Of a stretch of 13,140 nucleotides of DNA, positions 7,443 to 13,140 are shown piece by piece (within the stretch, counting starts at the first letter, position 1; each line of letters opens with the position of its first letter). The notes under the pieces were generated by a model. That model saw only the letters and a list, made by a program, of their open reading frames with translations. It did no database searches and was not told the DNA's origin. Position numbers and translations under genes: made by a program. Origin of the DNA: Azolla caroliniana (Eukaryota > Plantae > Polypodiophyta); the NCBI GenBank assembly GCA_043228905.1, contig JBHGNT010000992.1:1-13140 (forward strand), in the 5' to 3' direction.

Positions 7443-8099
7443 TGTTAGAAATTGACGCTTTCCAAACCTTCACCTCTCGGCCACAACCGAGGACACACGA
7501 GTCAATGCAGCAGTAAATCGAAAACACAGAGAGAGACTCGAATGCACAGGGTTTAGCGTGGAAAACCCTAGACGGGAAAAACCACGGGAGTGCAAGACTC
7601 CAACTATCACAATACGCAGGGAATGTACAATGGCGAGCTGCAAGGCGACGACCTTGAGCTCGCTGTCCTCGCCACAGGCGGCGGTATTACACAGAGGCGT
7701 CGACCTCTTCCTTTCTCTCTCTCTCTCACTCTCTCTCTCGGCTGCTCTCACTTCGCTCCCTCTGCTGCTCTCACTTCACTCCCTCTAAGTGAAAACAGAA
7801 AAATGAGCAACAACACAAAACTGTTTGCCCTAAGTCATATTTATACACATATGACTTTCGGGCTATTTACAAATATAGCCTAGAGGGCCCTTGGCAAACA
7901 TATTCACAAATATGTCCCCGCATCCGGATCTCTCTCCGGGTACATTCGTCATCCGGCTCCGTAGACGGGGTCTTCATCATCCGGATCCGAAACCGGGTCT
8001 TCATCATCCGGATCTGAAACCGGGTACTCCTCATTCGGGTCTTCATTCCCGATTCCCGGACATCTGACCATCCCATCCGGAGGGACCGTAATCCCAACA
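7443..8099 (-). repeat. 3' LTR (657 bp)
   Basis: Direct repeat of 12120-12753. Differs by 4 substitutions (7539, 7611, 7965, 8015) and an extra 23-bp tandem unit (7741-7786). Contains a 27-bp tandem pair at 7968-8021. Confidence 0.98.
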
Positions 8100-8101
8100 A
8101 A

Positions 8102-8109
8102 CTCCCCCT
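8102..8109 (-). other. Polypurine tract
   Basis: AGGGGGAG directly after the pol TGA stop and 2 nt before the 3' LTR. Confidence 0.93.
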
Positions 8110-11100
8110 TCACTTCGGCATGGGATGTCTTTCCAGTCCGACCCTCTTCCGGTACGCTTCCAGCTTGTCGGGTGTGAGCACTTTGGTCAGCATATCTGAC
8201 CCGTTCTCGTCCGTGTGGATCTTCGTCAGCACGAACTCCTGGTCTTCTATCCTTTCCCGGATCCAGTGATATCTTCGTTGGATGTGCTTCGTCCGGGAGT
8301 GATAGGCCGCATTCTTCGCAAGGTGGATGGCACTCTGACTGTCGCAGTAGAGTCGGTACTCCTCCTGCCGGATACCGAGCTCTCTAATGAAGTCCTTCAT
8401 CCATATTATTTCCTTGCCGGCTTCAACAGCCGCCATGTACTCCGCCTCCGTGGTTGACAACGCAACCGTCTTCTGCAGCCTCGACTGCCACGAAACAACT
8501 CCCCCTGCATACGTCATCACATACCCTGATGTGGACCGGCTGGTATCTGCATCAGCCGACATATCCGAATCGGTAAAGCCGTCGAGTTCGGGCTTACCGG
8601 AGCCGAATCGGAGGCACACGTTTGCCGTGCCCTTCAGGTATCGGAGTATCCACTTGGCCGCGTTCCAGTGCTCTTTGCCGGGATTGCTCATGTACCGGCT
8701 CACCACTCCGACTGCATATCCTATGTCCGGTCTTGTACACACCATTGCGTACATCAAGCCTCCGACGGCAGAGGCATATGGTACTTTCATCATGTCCTCC
8801 TTCTCAGCCTTTGTCACATACTTCTCCTGTGACAGCCACAACTGCTTCTTCTTCCGGTCCCGGATGATGTGCATCCCTAGTATTTGCCTCGCCGGACCCA
8901 GGTCCTTCATTGAGAAGGTTCGGCGAAGCGCTTTCTTCAGCATCCGTATCTTGACCTGGTCCCGTCCGACGATCAACATGTCGTCCACGTACAGGAGGAG
9001 TATTAGAAAGTCTCCTCCTTCGAACTTCTTCACAAACACGAAGTGATCGGACTGCGTTTTGTGGTACCCTTCGTCGGTCATGAAAGAGTCGAACTTCCGG
9101 TACCATTGCCGGGGAGCCTGCTTCAGTCCGTAAAGGCTCTTCTTCAACCGGCATACCAGGTGCTCCTTCCCTTCCTTCTCGAATCCTTCCGGTTGCTGCA
9201 TGTAGATCTCTTCTTCGAGGTCACCGTGAAGGAATGCCGTCTTCACGTCCATCTGTTCTACCTCGAGGTCCATGCTTGCCGCTATGCTCAGCACCGTCCG
9301 GATGGAGGTCATCTTCACTACCGGGGCAAATATCTCGTCTAAGTCGACGCCCTTCTTCTGCTGGAACCCCTTCACCACGATCCTGGCTTTGTATCTCGGG
9401 GGGTTTCCGGCATCTCCCGGTTTCAGCTTGAACACCCACTTGTTTCGAAGTGCCCGCTTTCCTTTCGGCAACTCCACAAGTTCATATGTGTGGTTCTCAT
9501 GCAGGGAATCCATCTCCTCCTGCATGGCACTTAACCACCTGCGGCTATGGGTGTCAAGCTTTGCTTCTTCAAAACTCTCCGGCTCCCCCTCGTCGGTTAG
9601 CAGCACATGCTCTGGTTCCGGAAATCTCCGGGGGGCCCTTCTCTCTCTTAGAGGATATCTCCGTTCCGGAGCTTCGGTAACCGGCTCCTCCGTTTCCTCT
9701 TCATCCGAATCCATTTCGGGATCGGGGCCGGTTCCGGTATCAGTTTCATCTTCCTCGGCCGGTTCTGTTTCTTCACCGTCTTCGGCCGGATCCTCGAGTG
9801 CTAACCGGTCCCTTGCCGGTCGGGACTGCTCCTCGTAGAGTGGATCCTCACCGGTCGACTTGGAGCTCTTCATCTTCTTCTCCGACTCCCAGTCGGCGAG
9901 TGTCTTGTCCTCCATGAAGATGATATCACGACTCCGGAATATCCTTTTGTGGAACGGGTCCCATACTCGGTAGCCGAACTCGTCATCACCGTAACCGAGG
10001 AATATGCATGGCCGGGTCTTTGGATCTAGCTTTCCTCTCCGGTCCTTTGCCACATGCACATATGCGAGACACCCGAACACCTTCAGATGCCGGTAGGATA
10101 CTTCCCTACCGGTCCACACTCTCTGCGGCGTGTCTCCGTCCAAAGGTACTGAGGGTGATCTGTTTATCACGTATGTCGCCGTCGACATTACCTCAGCCCA
10201 AAACCCCTTGGGTAATTTCGCATGCGCCAGCATACTCCGGACCCTCTCCATTATGGTCCGGTTCATCCTCTCGGCCAGCCCGTTCAGTTCCGGCGTCTTC
10301 AGCACAGTAAACTCGAGCCAGATTCCCTTCGAGCGACAGTACTCCTCGAACTGCCCCCGGTATTCCCCTCCGTTATCCGCTCGTATTGCTTTCAGCTTCT
10401 TGCCGGATTCCCTTTCCACTCTCGCGTGGAGTTCTTTGAAGACGCACAACACTTGGTCCTTTGTCTTCAATGGTGCCGTCCACAGCTTCCGGCTGTGGTC
10501 ATCAATGAATGTCACGAAGTACTGGGCTCCGCCATGTGACTTCGTTTCTACTTGACACACGTCAGTGTGCACCAACTCCAATGGTGCGCTACGTCTCGTC
10601 GGTGGCCTTGAGTGGAAAGAGGTTCGGTTCTGCTTACCGGCCAGGCAATCGGTGCACTTCTCCAGGTGCACATGCTTCACTAGAATAAGGTTGTCTTCTG
10701 CAAGCCTCTTCATCCCCTTCTCACTCATGTGGCACAGTCTCTTGTGCCACAGCTCACCGGCAGTGTCGGCTGCCACGTTCAACTCCTCCGGACACAACCA
10801 GGCATTCATAAGGTACAGTGTGTTGACTTTCCGGGCCCGAGCCACTATCAGGCTCCCCTTGCTGAACTTCATTACGCAGTTCCGGATGCTACCTGTGTAG
10901 CCTTCATCGTCTAGCCTCCCGGCCGAAATCAGGTTCAATCGAACCTCCGGAACGTGTCGGTCATCCTTCAGCAACATTTTGCATCCGGTTGAGGTTGTCA
11001 ACCACACGTCTCCTATGCCGACAATCCGGCACGTACCTTCATTTCCCATCCGAACACAGCCATGCTCACCGGCTGTGTAGGATGAGAAGTATTTTCTTTC

Positions 11101-12087
11101 CGGGGTCAGGTGGAACGACGCTCCGAAATCGACCACCCAGGTAGTCTCATCGCCGGCAATGTTTAGTTCACCTTCTTCGGTGATGAGCATGATCTCCTCT
11201 TCACTTGCCGCGAGTGCCGTCGTTCCTTTCCGGTCCTGCCCTCGCCGATCCGAACCATTCCGGTCCGTGGCTCCCCGGTAAGCACCGTTCCGTTCCGAAG
11301 ACTTCTTCGAATCGGTGTCGTCGGCTCCGTTGTCTTTTCGGTAATGCCGACAATTCTTTCGGAAGTGCCCCGGCTTCCCACAGTGGAAGCATGTGGGCCT
11401 TCCTCTTGACTGCGACCGGGTCCCCGACTTCTCCCGTCTTTGCGGACTCCGGTTCTGTTGTCTTCCCCGATCCGATTCGGTAAGCAGCATCTTCGGATCG
11501 GAGGCCGGTTCTTTATCTCTCCGACGCGCTTCTTCGTTCAAAATGCTTGTCTTTACCGTTTGTAGGGACAAGTTATCTTCGGTGCAGGAGGTGGTGAGAG
11601 TCACCACCAAGTTCTCCCAGCTTTCCGGCAATGTACACATCAGCATGATGGCTTGCATTGCATCCTCCAACGGGAACTTGATCGCCGCAAGCTGGTTCAC
11701 GAATCCCATGAACGTGCTTACGTGTTCCACCATACTCTCGCCGTCCCGGTACTTGAGGTTCACTATCTTCCTCATCAGGGAGGTCCGGTTCAACGCATTC
11801 TTCCTCTCGTAGAGGCCCGACAGCTTCTGCCACATCTCATATGCGTTGGTGTCGTTCGCCACATGTTGTAGAACGCTCACGTCGACGTATTGCCGAATGG
11901 TTGCAACGGCTTTCCGGTTCAGAAGCCTCCATTCCGTCTCAAGTACCCCCTTGGGTATTTCCGACCTGTCGATCGGCTCATACAGGTCCCGAACAATGAG
12001 CAGATCCTCCATCTTTATCTTCCAGTCGGCGTAGTTCTGCGCATTCAGCACCATCATCCCCGGCTGCCCGCTGCTGCCGCCTTCCAT
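8110..12087 (-). CDS. gag-pol: Copia Gag-Pol polyprotein, 1325 aa (likely non-functional)
   Basis: Likely start is MEGG at 12087, just after the PBS; the ORF-track extension to 12204 lies in the LTR. Motifs: zinc knuckle CFHCGKPGHFRKNC; protease WVVDFGAS; integrase WHKRLCH..CTDC, HTD/RADNGGEY/GLAERMNRT; RT DVKTAFLHG, YGLKQ, LYVDDML; RNase H FTDSD, TEAEY, CDSQSA, SDMLTK. Confidence 0.97.
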   Translation of the reverse strand: MEGGSSGQPGMMVLNAQNYADWKIKMEDLLIVRDLYEPIDRSEIPKGVLETEWRLLNRKAVATIRQYVDVSVLQHVANDTNAYEMWQKLSGLYERKNALNRTSLMRKIVNLKYRDGESMVEHVSTFMGFVNQLAAIKFPLEDAMQAIMLMCTLPESWENLVVTLTTSCTEDNLSLQTVKTSILNEEARRRDKEPASDPKMLLTESDRGRQQNRSPQRREKSGTRSQSRGRPTCFHCGKPGHFRKNCRHYRKDNGADDTDSKKSSERNGAYRGATDRNGSDRRGQDRKGTTALAASEEEIMLITEEGELNIAGDETTWVVDFGASFHLTPERKYFSSYTAGEHGCVRMGNEGTCRIVGIGDVWLTTSTGCKMLLKDDRHVPEVRLNLISAGRLDDEGYTGSIRNCVMKFSKGSLIVARARKVNTLYLMNAWLCPEELNVAADTAGELWHKRLCHMSEKGMKRLAEDNLILVKHVHLEKCTDCLAGKQNRTSFHSRPPTRRSAPLELVHTDVCQVETKSHGGAQYFVTFIDDHSRKLWTAPLKTKDQVLCVFKELHARVERESGKKLKAIRADNGGEYRGQFEEYCRSKGIWLEFTVLKTPELNGLAERMNRTIMERVRSMLAHAKLPKGFWAEVMSTATYVINRSPSVPLDGDTPQRVWTGREVSYRHLKVFGCLAYVHVAKDRRGKLDPKTRPCIFLGYGDDEFGYRVWDPFHKRIFRSRDIIFMEDKTLADWESEKKMKSSKSTGEDPLYEEQSRPARDRLALEDPAEDGEETEPAEEDETDTGTGPDPEMDSDEEETEEPVTEAPERRYPLRERRAPRRFPEPEHVLLTDEGEPESFEEAKLDTHSRRWLSAMQEEMDSLHENHTYELVELPKGKRALRNKWVFKLKPGDAGNPPRYKARIVVKGFQQKKGVDLDEIFAPVVKMTSIRTVLSIAASMDLEVEQMDVKTAFLHGDLEEEIYMQQPEGFEKEGKEHLVCRLKKSLYGLKQAPRQWYRKFDSFMTDEGYHKTQSDHFVFVKKFEGGDFLILLLYVDDMLIVGRDQVKIRMLKKALRRTFSMKDLGPARQILGMHIIRDRKKKQLWLSQEKYVTKAEKEDMMKVPYASAVGGLMYAMVCTRPDIGYAVGVVSRYMSNPGKEHWNAAKWILRYLKGTANVCLRFGSGKPELDGFTDSDMSADADTSRSTSGYVMTYAGGVVSWQSRLQKTVALSTTEAEYMAAVEAGKEIIWMKDFIRELGIRQEEYRLYCDSQSAIHLAKNAAYHSRTKHIQRRYHWIRERIEDQEFVLTKIHTDENGSDMLTKVLTPDKLEAYRKRVGLERHPMPK

Positions 12088-12104
12088 TTTCTGCACTTGC
12101 AGTC

Positions 12105-12116
12105 GCTCTGATACCA
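12105..12116 (-). other. Primer-binding site (tRNA-iMet)
   Basis: Minus TGGTATCAGAGC, 3 nt after the 5' LTR. Confidence 0.96.
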
Positions 12117-12119
12117 GAT

Positions 12120-12753
12120 TGTTAGAAATTGACGCTTTCCAAACCTTCACCTCTCGGCCACAACCGAGGACACACGAGTCAATGCAGCAGTAAATCGAAA
12201 ACACAGAGAGAGACTTGAATGCACAGGGTTTAGCGTGGAAAACCCTAGACGGGAAAAACCACGGGAGTGCAAGACTCCAACTATCACTATACGCAGGGAA
12301 TGTACAATGGCGAGCTGCAAGGCGACGACCTTGAGCTCGCTGTCCTCGCCACAGGCGGCGGTATTACACAGAGGCGTCGACCTCTTCCTTTCTCTCTCTC
12401 TCTCACTCTCTCTCTCGGCTGCTCTCACTTCGCTCCCTCTAAGTGAAAACAGAAAAATGAGCAACAACACAAAACTGTTTGCCCTAAGTCATATTTATAC
12501 ACATATGACTTTCGGGCTATTTACAAATATAGCCTAGAGGGCCCTTGGCAAACATATTCACAAATATGTCCCCGCATCCGGATCTCTCTCCGGGTACATT
12601 CGTCATCCGGCTCCGTAGCCGGGGTCTTCATCATCCGGATCCGAAACCGGGTCTTCATCATCCGGATCCGAAACCGGGTACTCCTCATTCGGGTCTTCAT
12701 TCCCGATTCCCGGACATCTGACCATCCCATCCGGAGGGACCGTAATCCCAACA
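12120..12753 (-). repeat. 5' LTR (634 bp)
   Basis: TG..CA termini, upstream of the PBS on the minus strand. Confidence 0.98.
12492..12499 (-). promoter_or_regulatory. Putative TATA box of the copia 5' LTR
   Basis: TATAAATA on minus; the same motif is in the same context in the old copia LTR (3991-3998). Confidence 0.7.
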
Positions 12754-13140
12754 TTTTCTTCAACCGTAGTCTCGAACTGGCCCTTGTTCTTCTTTCGTAC
12801 TTCCTCCACTCTTGCCGTTGCTCGAGTTGTTGGATCCTTCCTACCAACATCTCCTCTCGACTCATCTCCGCCGTCCAGTCGTCCGGCAACCACGAAGAGA
12901 TTGTCCTTTCCACTGACATGACCGGCTTCTGCCCGAACATGAGTCCTGCGCGTCTTGCGCGTCCAGCTCTCCCTGATCAACCACAATCTTTCCCACGCAC
13001 CCGTAGATGACATCCTCTATCAATAATCAACACACGACTGCGGTCGTTTGGTTTGTCAACGCTTGTCCCTCCACCTGGTTCGTCAGGTTCTCCCGTGCAA
13101 GCACCAGATACGGCATCTGTCCTACCCCCATAGACATCAT
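12754..13140 (-). pseudogene. Gypsy integrase core remnant (element D) with stop, frameshifts and internal deletions
   Basis: MGVGQMPYLVLARENLTNQVEGQALTNQTTAVVC*LLIEDVIYGCVGKIVVDQGELDAQDA / MFGQKPVMSVERTISSW..EMSREEMLVGRIQQLE..RLRLKK. The YNPEAN..YALW segment present in element A is missing here. Confidence 0.85.

Larger units (their letters stand above)
7443..12753 (-). mobile_element. Full-length young Ty1/copia LTR retrotransposon (5311 bp, Tnt1/Tork-like organisation; element E)
   Basis: Two near-identical TG..CA LTRs, PBS-Met, PPT and a single gag-pol ORF in PR-INT-RT-RH order. 5-bp TSD TCTTC (7438-7442) / TTTTC (12754-12758) with one mismatch. Lineage assignment is inferred. Confidence 0.98.
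5297..13140 (-). mobile_element. 3' part of a decayed Ty3/gypsy retrotransposon (element D): integrase, PPT and 3' LTR; hosts a MITE and the young copia; continues beyond the right edge
   Basis: Integrase fragments at 12754-13140 and 7150-7442 join in frame across the copia. PPT at 7078-7089 and LTR at 5297-7077. Copia C integrase homology stops at 5296. Confidence 0.82.

Noticed and set aside
7150-7527. 125-aa ORF sharing its N-terminus with the 1364-aa ORF
   Set aside because: Chance read-through from copia LTR U5 into gypsy integrase, not a real fusion gene.
7968-8021. 27-bp direct repeats as a possible CRISPR-like array
   Set aside because: Two abutting units with no spacers in a eukaryotic LTR; an ordinary U3 tandem repeat.
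8215-12111. Many long plus-strand ORFs (219, 188, 141, 139 aa) as possible antisense genes
   Set aside because: Mirror frames of the GC-rich gag-pol; no independent motifs.
12088-12204. 39-aa N-terminal extension of Gag-Pol in the ORF track
   Set aside because: Starts at a non-ATG codon inside the LTR and crosses the PBS. The homologous old gag begins at the post-PBS ATG.
12521-13013. ORFs of 139 and 136 aa, one with acidic DPVSDPDDE repeats
   Set aside because: Chimeras of gypsy integrase remnant and copia U3; the repeats come from the 27-bp U3 tandem.

Overview
Land-plant genomic DNA. The left end (1-530, minus) is the 5' end of an LRR receptor-like kinase/protein gene, missed by the ORF track because it runs off the window. 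From ~2.0 kb to the right edge is a deeply nested transposon stack: (A) a decayed plus-strand Ty3/gypsy integrase (2031-3006) holding a hAT-type MITE (2178-2770); (B) a 39-bp gypsy-like LTR start (3007); (C) an old tandem Ty1/copia complex (3046-5296) with one LTR shared between two deleted units; (D) a minus-strand gypsy (5297 to the window end) whose 3' LTR holds a second hAT MITE (6044-6958); and (E) inside D's integrase, a young full-length 5.3-kb Tnt1/Tork-like copia (7443-12753) with an open but probably crippled gag-pol ORF. I found no novel protein system. The most unusual signals are hairpin-type excision scars beside both still-resident hAT elements, a TATA box on an 8-nt-loop hairpin in three LTR families, strong local CCGG enrichment in the copia, and the shared-LTR tandem copia. 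All alignments and counts were done by eye, and family motifs are recalled rather than searched.
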